This document shows positions 20,145 through 29,603 of a stretch of 64,000 bases of DNA, in pieces; the stretch's first letter is position 1; each line of letters opens with the position of its first letter. A model generated the notes under the pieces. The model made no database searches, had not been told where the DNA came from, and saw nothing but the letters and a program-made list of their open reading frames with translations. Source of the stretch: Clostridia bacterium (lineage in GTDB: Bacteria; Bacillota; Clostridia; TANB77; CAG-465); NCBI GenBank assembly GCA_026415435.1, contig JAOAHC010000040.1, positions 137,456 to 201,455 of the forward strand. Direction: 5' to 3'. The position numbers and the translations under genes are program-made.

Positions 20145-21326
20145 TTATATTTTTGATAATAGTTTTTGAGTATAGTCATGAATCAAATTATTATCTTCTT
20201 GACTAGGGTTAAAACATATTTTTATCCCATCATTAACAACACTCATACCTATGCTTTCTAACCTTTGTTTTATCATAGCAACAGCTTCTCCGCTCCAACC
20301 ATATGAACCAAAAACACCAACTATTTTACCTCTGTTTTTTATAGCACTTATCGAATGTAAAACTTTCCATAAAGGCTCTACTGCATCTTTATTAATTGTA
20401 GGAGAACCTATAAATATCGCTTTACTTTTTTCTATCTCGATTTGCAAATCATTTATATTAACCACACTGTCCCCTACATCGATCACCTTTACTAGATAAT
20501 TGGAATTATTAGATATATATTCCTTAATAGTCTCAGCTATTTTTCTTGTATATCCATATGCAGAGGCATAAACTATAGTTATTTGGTTTTCTATATCAAC
20601 ACTACTCCATTTAGAATATTTTTCTATAAGATTATCAATGTTTTTTGTAAGTATAGGTCCATGGCTTGGGGCTATTATCTCATATTTTATATTTTTTAAT
20701 TTTTCTATACCATTTAACACATACTTTTTAAAAGGTGAAAATATTGCATCATAATAATTTTTAAATGAGTTTTCATATTCATCATAGTATTTTATGTACT
20801 TATCAAATATTCTTGGTTCAGAAAAATGTGTACCTAAAAAATCACAAGTAAATACAATTCCACTTTCCTCTATATATGTAAACATGGTATCAGGCCAATG
20901 TAAAAAAGGTGATACTAAAAACTTCAAAGTTTTATCACCTATATTAAGTGTATCATTATCTTTTATCACTTCGATATCTAAATTTTCGTTACATATGTTT
21001 TGAACATTTTTACTTGCTGCTAAAGTACAAAAAATTTTTATATTTTTATTTAATTCTAGTAATTTTTTCACACTACCACTATGATCTGGTTCAGTATGAT
21101 TTAGTACTAAATAACTTATATCTTCAATTTTTATTAACTTAGATAAATTATCTATATACTCATCAAAATACTCTTCATGCACAGTATCAATTAAAACATT
21201 ATGTTTTGACTTTACTAAATATGCATTATAGCTTGTACCATATTCTGTGTCCATTATAACATCAAATTTTCTAAGAAAGGGGTTTAACACCCCTATATAA
21301 TAAATATCATCTTTTATTTCAATCAT
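20145..21326 (-). CDS. Flavodiiron protein (rubredoxin:oxygen/NO oxidoreductase, FprA-like)
   Basis: 393 aa. Metallo-beta-lactamase-like diiron site HTEPDHSGS. C-terminal flavodoxin-like domain (IFIGSPTINKDA). Confidence 0.75.
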   Translation of the reverse strand: MIEIKDDIYYIGVLNPFLRKFDVIMDTEYGTSYNAYLVKSKHNVLIDTVHEEYFDEYIDNLSKLIKIEDISYLVLNHTEPDHSGSVKKLLELNKNIKIFCTLAASKNVQNICNENLDIEVIKDNDTLNIGDKTLKFLVSPFLHWPDTMFTYIEESGIVFTCDFLGTHFSEPRIFDKYIKYYDEYENSFKNYYDAIFSPFKKYVLNGIEKLKNIKYEIIAPSHGPILTKNIDNLIEKYSKWSSVDIENQITIVYASAYGYTRKIAETIKEYISNNSNYLVKVIDVGDSVVNINDLQIEIEKSKAIFIGSPTINKDAVEPLWKVLHSISAIKNRGKIVGVFGSYGWSGEAVAMIKQRLESIGMSVVNDGIKICFNPSQEDNNLIHDYTQKLLSKI

Positions 21327-21329
21327 ATA

Positions 21330-21467
21330 TTATTCCTCAACTAGTTCAAATGCTGATTTTGATTCTCCACATATCGGGCAAATATAGTCATCTGGTAGTT
21401 CTTCAAAAGGTATTTCACCATCATATATATAACCACATACTCCACATACATATTTTTTCATAATCAT
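21330..21467 (-). CDS. Rubredoxin (45 aa), absent from the supplied ORF track
   Basis: Minus-strand translation gives [45 protein letters not shown]. It has two CxxC knuckles (CGVCG, CPICG) and an AAGGGGGG RBS 7 nt before the ATG. Its stop lies 4 nt from the FDP start. Confidence 0.7.
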   Translation of the reverse strand: MIMKKYVCGVCGYIYDGEIPFEELPDDYICPICGESKSAFELVEE

Positions 21468-21571
21468 ATCCCCCCTTGTTTAGGATAGTATATTATAAAA
21501 CGTATAATATGTCAATACAAAATTGTTTATTTTTTCCATTTAAGTAAACACAGAGTGTATATACTTTAGTT

Positions 21572-22660
21572 TTAAACTATTTTTCTAATTTTACCAATGA
21601 TAAAAGCTGAAATTGGTATTATACACCCTAATCCAACATTAATGTATAAAAATATATTTTTGGATAACATACTTAATTCAAATAAATTCGATGCTATATA
21701 TTGTGCATATACATATACTATAAAAATTACTGGTGTGACAAGCTCTTTAGATGTATTTAAATTAAAGAATTTCTTTATTAGTTTTACTACTATAAACATA
21801 AATATTGATATTATTGCGAAATCCGTAACTATCCATACACATAAGAAAATAGATTCAACCCTTTCTATAATGCTTAATATTTCTATGTCTTTAAAGAATA
21901 TAAAAAATGATAAGTTCAAATTCCCTGTAAGTTTATAACCAAAAATACCTATAGTAATCATAACTATTACAACACTTAGAAATGTCATTGACAAATATAA
22001 TTGCTTAGTATAATTTTTTAATTTATCTTTATTTGCAACTTTATCACCTAGAAAGAACATAAAAGTTATATATCCTAGTATTCCAAATAATGGAACAATC
22101 GAAATGAATACTGGTCCAATATCATATGTAGTTATTGGTAAAATATTAGGCAACTTAACATCTGATAATCCTACAAAAATTGAAATTATCAAAAATATAA
22201 GGAAAATTTTATTATATAACTCCATGAATCTGCCAAAATATTCAATTTTATTTCTTACAACTAAATATGTCATTAAAAGTATAGTTATCATAAAAAATTG
22301 CATTGGACTAAAGATAAAAATACTAGATGTAAGCCTATCTGCAAAATATCTTACATATAGTGCAATCATAGTAATTATCCATATTATATGCATAAATAGT
22401 ACAGTCTTTCCAATTATTTTACCGAATATTTTAATATATATGTCTTCCAAAGAGCCTAATTTTGTTTTAGTAAATAAATTATTTAAAACATATATCAATA
22501 ACATAAAAGGTATAATTGCTAATATTGGAGTAAGCCAAGTAGCTTGTTTTGCTATTTCACCACAATACTTTGGCAAAACTCTAGTTAGTGGTGAAGCTAT
22601 TGAAATTACAAATATTATAAATAATTGTCTTATACTAATCTTACTATTTTCATTATCCAT
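21572..22660 (-). CDS. Spore germinant receptor B subunit (GerAB/GerKB family, APC-type permease)
   Basis: 362 aa, polytopic. KISIRQLFIIFV N-terminus typical of Ger B subunits. Confidence 0.7.
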   Translation of the reverse strand: MDNENSKISIRQLFIIFVISIASPLTRVLPKYCGEIAKQATWLTPILAIIPFMLLIYVLNNLFTKTKLGSLEDIYIKIFGKIIGKTVLFMHIIWIITMIALYVRYFADRLTSSIFIFSPMQFFMITILLMTYLVVRNKIEYFGRFMELYNKIFLIFLIISIFVGLSDVKLPNILPITTYDIGPVFISIVPLFGILGYITFMFFLGDKVANKDKLKNYTKQLYLSMTFLSVVIVMITIGIFGYKLTGNLNLSFFIFFKDIEILSIIERVESIFLCVWIVTDFAIISIFMFIVVKLIKKFFNLNTSKELVTPVIFIVYVYAQYIASNLFELSMLSKNIFLYINVGLGCIIPISAFIIGKIRKIV

Positions 22661-22662
22661 AT

Positions 22663-22863
22663 CTACTCCTCAATATTAAATAATTTAAAAATCACTTCAA
22701 CAAGGCTATCCCTATGCATGTCACTGTAGTAAAATATAGCAAAAGCTATTGCAACTAGTGAAAGACCAATGAACACCATTAAGTTTTTCCTATCTTTTCT
22801 TTTAATCAAAGTAATAATATCAATAACTGTAAAACAAATAAAAAATGCGGAAAATAGCAACAT
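22663..22863 (-). CDS. Small 2-TM membrane protein inside the ger operon (possible germinant-receptor D-type accessory subunit)
   Basis: 66 aa with two hydrophobic helices. Sits between the C and B subunit genes with 2-12 nt gaps. Confidence 0.35.
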   Translation of the reverse strand: MLLFSAFFICFTVIDIITLIKRKDRKNLMVFIGLSLVAIAFAIFYYSDMHRDSLVEVIFKLFNIEE

Positions 22864-22875
22864 ATTTAATCTCCT

Positions 22876-24168
22876 TTATTTATCTTGTAATGTTATTATA
22901 TCGAATGTTCTTCTAATATTACATTTTACATTAACAATAAATTTTGCATTAACTAAAGATTCAACCCATTTATCTTTTATCTTTTTGTATTTATATGGAT
23001 GACTCATCATAACTTTTTCTTCAATATCCAGAAAATCCGCTTTATATTCAACCATTTTTTCTATTACATCTTCTATTTGCAATTTTACTTTTTCAGCTTG
23101 CTTATCCTCATAATATTTAAGCTTATCAATTTTGAATATATTTTCTTTAGTAGCTGCTTCATCTACATTACTCTCAAAACTTGTATTTATAATAACTTCA
23201 TTAAGATTATCTCCATCAAATTTAAATTTATATTTTGTATTGAAGCCAATCATACCAAACGACAATACATTATCTTCACCTTCATATATATCTATATTTG
23301 TACTTCCTTTTCTATTTTTTAATATATTACTGGTTATTGACTCTTGTCTATTTAAGTATCCTGTTAAAACTTTATCTTTAATTACTGCATAGCCATCAAA
23401 ATCAAAAAAAGTTTCACTATTCTCACTTTTTTCTACTACAGTGCTTTGTATTATATTATTTTCTTTTTCTGAATTACTCTTTTTATTTTCTGAATTGCTA
23501 TCTTTACTATCAGATGTATCACCTTTAGGAGATATTATCCTTAAAGTAGGCATTAAAAACGAACTGTTTTTCTTAGATAAATATCCTATTAAATCAATAA
23601 CTGTTAGTTTGTATGATACATTTTTTCCTTCATTGTTTTTTTCCATGCTATTAATTTTTTCATCAAGGTCATAATCTGTATTTACTACTTTTGCTATAAA
23701 ATCCTTTGCTGCCATACCTTTAGTTAGATATATCCCAAGATTAAGTCTAACTTCATAGTCTCTTGCATTAAAATCAATATTTATAGTCATGTCTTTTTTA
23801 CAATATTCTTCACCTAGTAAAAAATATTTAATATGTGAACCACTCATAGATTTATTAACATATGTTTGAAACGTTCTTATCGTATCATCAAAAGTTTGTC
23901 CTTTAACTATAAAATATTTTGTACTACCACTACTACCTGGACTACCTGAAGTACTAGGAGACGATCCTGTACTCTGATTTTGATACGAAACTCTAAGTAT
24001 TGTTTCTTCTACTCTATATTTTTCATCAGTTCCTAAATCCATTCCTATAACCTTAACAAGTTCCACATCTGTAAGTTCCTTCTTAACAGGCATAATTTTT
24101 GAATTTAAAACTATAAATCCAAGTAATATACAAGTAAAGAAAATATATATAAGTTTTCTTTTTGTCAT
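22876..24168 (-). CDS. Spore germinant receptor C subunit (GerAC family lipoprotein)
   Basis: 430 aa. Lipoprotein signal MTKRKLIYIFFTCILLGFIVLNS. Its position between the A and B subunits fits. Contains a Ser/Gly-rich insert. Confidence 0.65.
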   Translation of the reverse strand: MTKRKLIYIFFTCILLGFIVLNSKIMPVKKELTDVELVKVIGMDLGTDEKYRVEETILRVSYQNQSTGSSPSTSGSPGSSGSTKYFIVKGQTFDDTIRTFQTYVNKSMSGSHIKYFLLGEEYCKKDMTINIDFNARDYEVRLNLGIYLTKGMAAKDFIAKVVNTDYDLDEKINSMEKNNEGKNVSYKLTVIDLIGYLSKKNSSFLMPTLRIISPKGDTSDSKDSNSENKKSNSEKENNIIQSTVVEKSENSETFFDFDGYAVIKDKVLTGYLNRQESITSNILKNRKGSTNIDIYEGEDNVLSFGMIGFNTKYKFKFDGDNLNEVIINTSFESNVDEAATKENIFKIDKLKYYEDKQAEKVKLQIEDVIEKMVEYKADFLDIEEKVMMSHPYKYKKIKDKWVESLVNAKFIVNVKCNIRRTFDIITLQDK

Positions 24169-24172
24169 AAAT

Positions 24173-25708
24173 TTACCTCTTAACTTTAGTCTTAGCTTTC
24201 ATATCCGTCATTGGTTTTCTAAATATTGTATCAACATTAATATTCTTATAATCATTAGAAGTAAATGGTGTAAAATATGGTACACCAAAAGATTCCATTG
24301 TTGACAAATAATAAAACATTAAGATAATACCAATAGAAACACCGTAAAGCCCAGCAATTCCCGATAATATAACTAGTGAAAATCTACAAACTCTAAGGGC
24401 ATTTGCAAAGTCTTGATTTGGCATTAAAAATCCAGCTATACCTGTTATTGCTACTATAACTACTACAGATGGCGATACGAAATTTGCATTTACTGCTGCA
24501 TCACCTATAATAAGACCACCAACTATAGAAATAGTTTGCCCAATAGTTTTAGGCAGTCTAGCACTAGCTTCTATTAATATTTCAAAGGAAAGTAGCATAA
24601 ACATTACTTCAAGTAATACCGGAAATGGCTCACCTTGCTTACTCTTAATTATTGATATTGCTAGTTTTGTTGGTATCATTTCTTGATGAAATGTTGAAAT
24701 AGCTAGAAAAAACGATGGTAATATAATAGTAATTACTGTACAAAAATATCTTAATACTCTTAATGCTGAACTTATAAAATAGTTTACTGAATAATCTTCC
24801 GGAGTTTGGAAAAACATATTTAGTACAGCAGGTAGAATATAGGCAACTGGAAATCCATCGATTAATATTCCTATTTTCCCCTCTAATAAGTTCGAAATTA
24901 ATTTTTCTGATTTTTCAGTATAAATTAATTGGGGAAACACTGAGTATTTCTTACAAACTATATTTTCTTCAACATCTGCAATTGTTAACATCTTATCAAT
25001 ATTTATATTTTTAATTCTAGACAACACTTTATCTAGTACTATCTTATCAACTATACTTTCCATATATAGTACACTAATAGATGTGGGTGTTACGTTACCT
25101 ACTTTAAATTCCTTTATTTTAAGATCAGCGCTTTTAATTCTATTTCTAATTAATGACGTATTTATTTTAATGTTTTCTATAAATGCTTCTTTTGAACCCT
25201 TTATTATATTTTCATTTGTGGGTTCTGTTAAATTTCTTTTTTCTATCTTTTTTATATCAAATGTAATAGCTCTATCTTTTATTTTTGTACTAATTAAACA
25301 CGCGCAACAATCTAAAATATCAGTTATAACATCATTTAAATTATTTCTTATATTGTTAGAGGTATGTGGTATTATTCCTCTTTCTAATATACTTAGAATA
25401 TCAGAATTTCTATTGTTTTCATTTGACTCAGTTAAATCTTTAGGTAAACATGAACAATTAGTACTTTCAATCTGCATAATAGGCCTTAATATATTATTAT
25501 CAACTAATTCTATGTCTATTGTATTTTGGAAATATATTAGTATTAAGGTTTCATTACTAAAATGAATTTCTCTATATTGAATATCATCACTATTTTCAAA
25601 AATAATCTTAATGTTTTCAATACTTATTTCACCATTTAAAGACTTATTTTTAGGTGGATTAGGATTATTCGGATTTATTTTTTTATATAATCTCCACTTA
25701 TCTAACAT
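24173..25708 (-). CDS. Spore germinant receptor A subunit (GerAA/GerKA family)
   Basis: 511 aa. Soluble N-domain plus C-terminal TM bundle. First gene of the A-C-(D)-B string. Confidence 0.75.
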   Translation of the reverse strand: MLDKWRLYKKINPNNPNPPKNKSLNGEISIENIKIIFENSDDIQYREIHFSNETLILIYFQNTIDIELVDNNILRPIMQIESTNCSCLPKDLTESNENNRNSDILSILERGIIPHTSNNIRNNLNDVITDILDCCACLISTKIKDRAITFDIKKIEKRNLTEPTNENIIKGSKEAFIENIKINTSLIRNRIKSADLKIKEFKVGNVTPTSISVLYMESIVDKIVLDKVLSRIKNINIDKMLTIADVEENIVCKKYSVFPQLIYTEKSEKLISNLLEGKIGILIDGFPVAYILPAVLNMFFQTPEDYSVNYFISSALRVLRYFCTVITIILPSFFLAISTFHQEMIPTKLAISIIKSKQGEPFPVLLEVMFMLLSFEILIEASARLPKTIGQTISIVGGLIIGDAAVNANFVSPSVVVIVAITGIAGFLMPNQDFANALRVCRFSLVILSGIAGLYGVSIGIILMFYYLSTMESFGVPYFTPFTSNDYKNINVDTIFRKPMTDMKAKTKVKR

Positions 25709-25774
25709 ATTTCACCTCTTTTGTTAACATATATTTATTCAATTATATTATTTGGAAATATAAGTTATATTATG

Positions 25775-25824
25775 CAAAAAAACACACTTAAATATTAGTC
25801 ATATTAACCAATACTAAGTGTGTT
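25775..25824 (-). terminator. Terminator downstream of the CoA-disulfide reductase gene
   Basis: aacacactta / taagtgtgtt 10-bp stem with a 24-nt loop, then TTTTTT on the minus strand. Confidence 0.45.
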
Positions 25825-25844
25825 AACTTATATTAAAAATTATT

Positions 25845-27494
25845 CTAAAGTATATTTACATCTTTTATCATTTCTTCATATAAACTATATCCACCATTTA
25901 AATTATATACATTTTCATACCCATTTTGCTTTAATATTTGTTCAGCAATGTAACCTCTTTGCCCTATTTTACAATAAACATATATCTTTTTATTTTTATC
26001 AAGTTTACATAGATTTTCTCTTAAATTATCTACTGAAATTTTAATTGCATTTTCTAGTTTTCCCCTCAAAAATTCTGCATTTGTTCTAACATCTAGTATA
26101 ATATCATTTTCCGATATATTTTCTATATCTTCAATGTAAAATGCAGTACTTTTTTTACTAATAATATTTTCAGCAACATAGCCTGCTGTATTAATTGGAT
26201 CCTTAGCTTGCGAAAATGGTGGGGAATACGCAAGTTCTAATTCACATAGATCATAAATACTCATATTAGCAGTAATTGCAGTAGAAATCACATCAATTCT
26301 TTTATCTACTCCACTATATCCTACTATTTGTGCACCAAGTATTTTACCGTCTTTCGGAGTAAATAAGAGCTTTATCCTCATTACACTTGACCCTGGATAA
26401 TATTCTGCATTTGATGATGAATAACTTATAGATTTTAAATAACTAATGTTATTTTTTTTAAGCATTTCCTCTGAGCTTCCTGTAGTAGCAATTACCATAT
26501 CAAAAATCTTTACTATTGATGTTATATGTGAGCCTCCATATTTAATGTTTTTCCCACAAATATTATCAGCAACAATTCTTGCTTGTTTATTTGCATTAGA
26601 GGCAAGAGCTACTGGCATTTTTAAATTTAAAATAGTATTGTCTATACTTATTGCATCACCCACTGCATAAACACCATCAGCATTTGTTTTTAGATATTCA
26701 TCTACAAATATTTCTCCTCTACTACCCAAATTTATCCCACTATTTAAAAGAAATTTTGTGTCAGGTATGACTCCTACACATAAAATTATAATATCTGATT
26801 CAATTCTTTTTGAATCTTCTAAAAGTACATAGTCTTTTTCAAATTTAATAGCCTTTGTGCCAGTTAATAGTTTCACTCCTCTATTTCTTATATAATTATG
26901 AACCATATGAGACATATCTATATCAATTCCATTTATAACATGAGAAGCAGCTTCTATTATTGTAGTGTTTATTCCTAAGTTATATAAATTTTCAGCTATT
27001 TCAATTCCTATATATCCTCCACCTATTACAGTTGCAGTACTAATTGCTTTTGAATCTACATATTCTTTGATTTTATCCATATCTGAAATATTTCTTAAAG
27101 TAAATACATTCTCATTATATATACCTTCTATATTTTCAGGTTTAATTGGTCTTGCACCTGGTGATAAAACTAAATTATCATAATTTTCATAAAATATATC
27201 ACCGGTTTCCAAATTTTTGACTTGAATCCTTTTAGTGATAGTATCTACTGATAATGCTTCACTGCTAAGTTTCACATCTATATTATATCTTGTCTTAAAA
27301 TCATCAGGTGTTTTTAGTATAAGTTCATCTCTTGACTTAATTATATCACCAATATAATAAGGCATGCCGCAATTTGCAAATGATACATACTTACCTTTTT
27401 CCAGTACAACTATTTCTGAAAACTCATCATTTCTTCTTAGACGAGTAGCTGCTGTTGCACCTCCAGCCACTCCACCTATAATAAGTGTTTTCAT
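25845..27494 (-). CDS. CoA-disulfide reductase with C-terminal rhodanese domain (CoADR-RHD family)
   Basis: 549 aa. GGVAGGATAA FAD site. SFANCGMPYY redox Cys. C-terminal rhodanese with YCKIGQRG active-site Cys. Confidence 0.7.
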   Translation of the reverse strand: MKTLIIGGVAGGATAATRLRRNDEFSEIVVLEKGKYVSFANCGMPYYIGDIIKSRDELILKTPDDFKTRYNIDVKLSSEALSVDTITKRIQVKNLETGDIFYENYDNLVLSPGARPIKPENIEGIYNENVFTLRNISDMDKIKEYVDSKAISTATVIGGGYIGIEIAENLYNLGINTTIIEAASHVINGIDIDMSHMVHNYIRNRGVKLLTGTKAIKFEKDYVLLEDSKRIESDIIILCVGVIPDTKFLLNSGINLGSRGEIFVDEYLKTNADGVYAVGDAISIDNTILNLKMPVALASNANKQARIVADNICGKNIKYGGSHITSIVKIFDMVIATTGSSEEMLKKNNISYLKSISYSSSNAEYYPGSSVMRIKLLFTPKDGKILGAQIVGYSGVDKRIDVISTAITANMSIYDLCELELAYSPPFSQAKDPINTAGYVAENIISKKSTAFYIEDIENISENDIILDVRTNAEFLRGKLENAIKISVDNLRENLCKLDKNKKIYVYCKIGQRGYIAEQILKQNGYENVYNLNGGYSLYEEMIKDVNIL

Positions 27495-27504
27495 AATTCA
27501 CCTC

Positions 27505-27822
27505 TTAATCAATATGACTTAATAATATTTTTTCTACTTTTTCTTTTGGATTATATCCAATAAGTTTATCTACAATTTTCCCATTTTTAAAAAACAATAA
27601 TGTAGGTATAGATTCCACATTATACTGCATAGATATACTAGGGTTTTCATCCACGTTTATTTTAACAATATTAAAGTTTGCCCTACTTTCAGATATTTCA
27701 TCTAATACTGGTGCTATGAGTTTACAAGGTGGACACCATGTTGCATAAAAATCCACCAACACAACACTTTTACTTCCCAAAACTTCACTTTCAAATTCTT
27801 TTTCATCTATATGTCTTACCAT
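27505..27822 (-). CDS. trxA: Thioredoxin
   Basis: 105 aa with a WCPPCK active site. Confidence 0.8.
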   Translation of the reverse strand: MVRHIDEKEFESEVLGSKSVVLVDFYATWCPPCKLIAPVLDEISESRANFNIVKINVDENPSISMQYNVESIPTLLFFKNGKIVDKLIGYNPKEKVEKILLSHID

Positions 27823-27834
27823 AACATTTTCCTC

Positions 27835-28104
27835 CTATTCATTTATGAGATTTATTATCTTTATTATTTTTTCATTATTTATTTCATAATATACCTCATT
27901 ACCTATTTTCTCGCATTTTATAATGCCAGATAGTTTTAATTTCGATAATTGCTGGGAAACTAAACTCTGTGCAACATTTGAACATTGTCCAAGTTCCGTT
28001 ACATTTCTTCTTTTATTTAGAACAAGATTAGTTAAAATACATAATCTTACTGGGTTTGCCAGCATTTTAAATAATTCTGAGTTTTGCAATAATTCTTCTT
28101 TCAT
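27835..28104 (-). CDS. ArsR/SmtB-family transcriptional regulator
   Basis: 89 aa. Winged-helix ELGQCSNVAQSLVSQQLSKLKLSGII. Two Cys residues (LCIL, GQCS). Confidence 0.7.
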   Translation of the reverse strand: MKEELLQNSELFKMLANPVRLCILTNLVLNKRRNVTELGQCSNVAQSLVSQQLSKLKLSGIIKCEKIGNEVYYEINNEKIIKIINLINE

Positions 28105-28174
28105 ACTACCTCCTTATATTAGTATATTATAATATACTAATATGCTAAAGTCAATAAATTGTTACTAAATTGAT

Positions 28175-28720
28175 ATGCATTCTATATTTGTTTTAGTATC
28201 ATATATATTATTAGGTGATTTAATGAAATTCTTAAATATTTTATCCTATTTTTTAATTTTAGCATTAGTTCTTACAATATTAATATCACTTAAAAACCCA
28301 ACACTATCTAGAAGCGCTGAAAACATTGCATCTGAGTATCTTCAAATAAAAAATGTTGCGGTCGATAAAAACTATTTACTAGCTTTAAATAGTGCAGATA
28401 ATTTTCTGTGTGCTTGGCTTATGAGAGATCAAAAAAAAGGAGAAGAATTTATAACAAAAAGATTAAAAGACTCATTAACATATAACGAACTATTTGCCTT
28501 TTTTGTTGGCACTTCTAATCCTCACAATCAAGGTTTTGAAATAATAGGAGAAAAACACCTAAGTAATAAAAGAATTCGTTTTTTTGTCTGGTTATATGAA
28601 TATTATACTATGGATAATCCTAAACCATATTTAAGAAAATCACCATATTATATAGATGTAGTAAAGTTTGACGAATATAGATGGCTGGTTGATACTCTTC
28701 CAAAACCTTATATAAAATAA
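28175..28720 (+). CDS. Hypothetical membrane-anchored protein
   Basis: 181 aa. The start is ambiguous, between the ATG at 28175 and the ATG at 28223 (MKFLNIL, with AGGTGA upstream). One N-terminal TM segment. Confidence 0.4.
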   Translation: MHSIFVLVSYILLGDLMKFLNILSYFLILALVLTILISLKNPTLSRSAENIASEYLQIKNVAVDKNYLLALNSADNFLCAWLMRDQKKGEEFITKRLKDSLTYNELFAFFVGTSNPHNQGFEIIGEKHLSNKRIRFFVWLYEYYTMDNPKPYLRKSPYYIDVVKFDEYRWLVDTLPKPYIK

Positions 28721-28760
28721 GTGGATATGTTTTATATCCACTTATTTTATATATTATTAA

Positions 28761-29603
28761 TTATTTTTTAAAATTTATAACTACTTCTCCAATACCACCA
28801 TTAATATTTAACTTATCTTTTCTTATAACAGAATCAGTAGGAGTATTTTCAGTATAGTTTTGTCCGTCTATTTTTATAGCTCCAATACCAGAATCAGCGA
28901 TTATTTGATAATCTGCTTTGTTTGCATCTATTGATACATCAACTTTACCTATACCACAATTTAATTTTGTGTTTCCAGTTAATATTCCTGATATTTTCAA
29001 ACTACCTACCCCAGAGTCCAGGTCTAAATCATTAAGTATAGCATTATCTATTGATATTTTGCCAACTCCAGCATTTATACTACTGTTATTTGCTTCTAAC
29101 CCCTGGCATATTAATTCACCAACACCATTTTCTATATTTAATTTTTCTGAAGCTAAAGCTTCTATATTTGTTCTACCAACACCAGTTTTAATATATGCTG
29201 TTTCAAAAGTAAAATCACTTGGAATATATACTGTTATTTTAGAATTCGAAGTATAACTAAAAGCACTACCAAATAGTGATTTACTCTCATTTTCTCTAAT
29301 TTCAAGTTTGCCGTTAACATTTTCACAAGTAAACTTTTCTGGTACATTCGAAGCTTCAACATAAAATCTATTTGATATCATTATATTAAGTTCACATGTA
29401 CTTACCTCTATATCAAGACTTTTTACATCTGTAAAACTATTAGAATAATCTATTACATTTTTGGCTTCATTTACATTATTTATTATACCAATTACTCCAA
29501 ATACTGATATTACTGCTGTACATATTGCTGTTATGATAGTAACAGTAAGAAATATTGCAAATGCCATCGCTAAGTATTTTATTACTTTTTGAACATTTGT
29601 CAT
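28761..29603 (-). CDS. DUF4097 putative-adhesin beta-helix protein (LiaG/YvlB-like), membrane-anchored
   Basis: 280 aa. N-terminal TM, then about seven repeats of the x-G-[IV]-G-x-[IV]-x-[IV] strand motif (NGGIGEVVINF, DSGIGAIKIDG, NCGIGKVDVSI and others). Confidence 0.5.
   Translation of the reverse strand: MTNVQKVIKYLAMAFAIFLTVTIITAICTAVISVFGVIGIINNVNEAKNVIDYSNSFTDVKSLDIEVSTCELNIMISNRFYVEASNVPEKFTCENVNGKLEIRENESKSLFGSAFSYTSNSKITVYIPSDFTFETAYIKTGVGRTNIEALASEKLNIENGVGELICQGLEANNSSINAGVGKISIDNAILNDLDLDSGVGSLKISGILTGNTKLNCGIGKVDVSIDANKADYQIIADSGIGAIKIDGQNYTENTPTDSVIRKDKLNINGGIGEVVINFKK

Noticed and set aside
23880-24000. Ser/Gly-rich stretch (SGSSPSTSGSPGSSGS) in the GerC lipoprotein as a possible repeat element or recombination scar.
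   Set aside because: It is in frame and of linker-like composition, with no DNA-level tandem periodicity beyond codon reuse. It is most simply a flexible linker.
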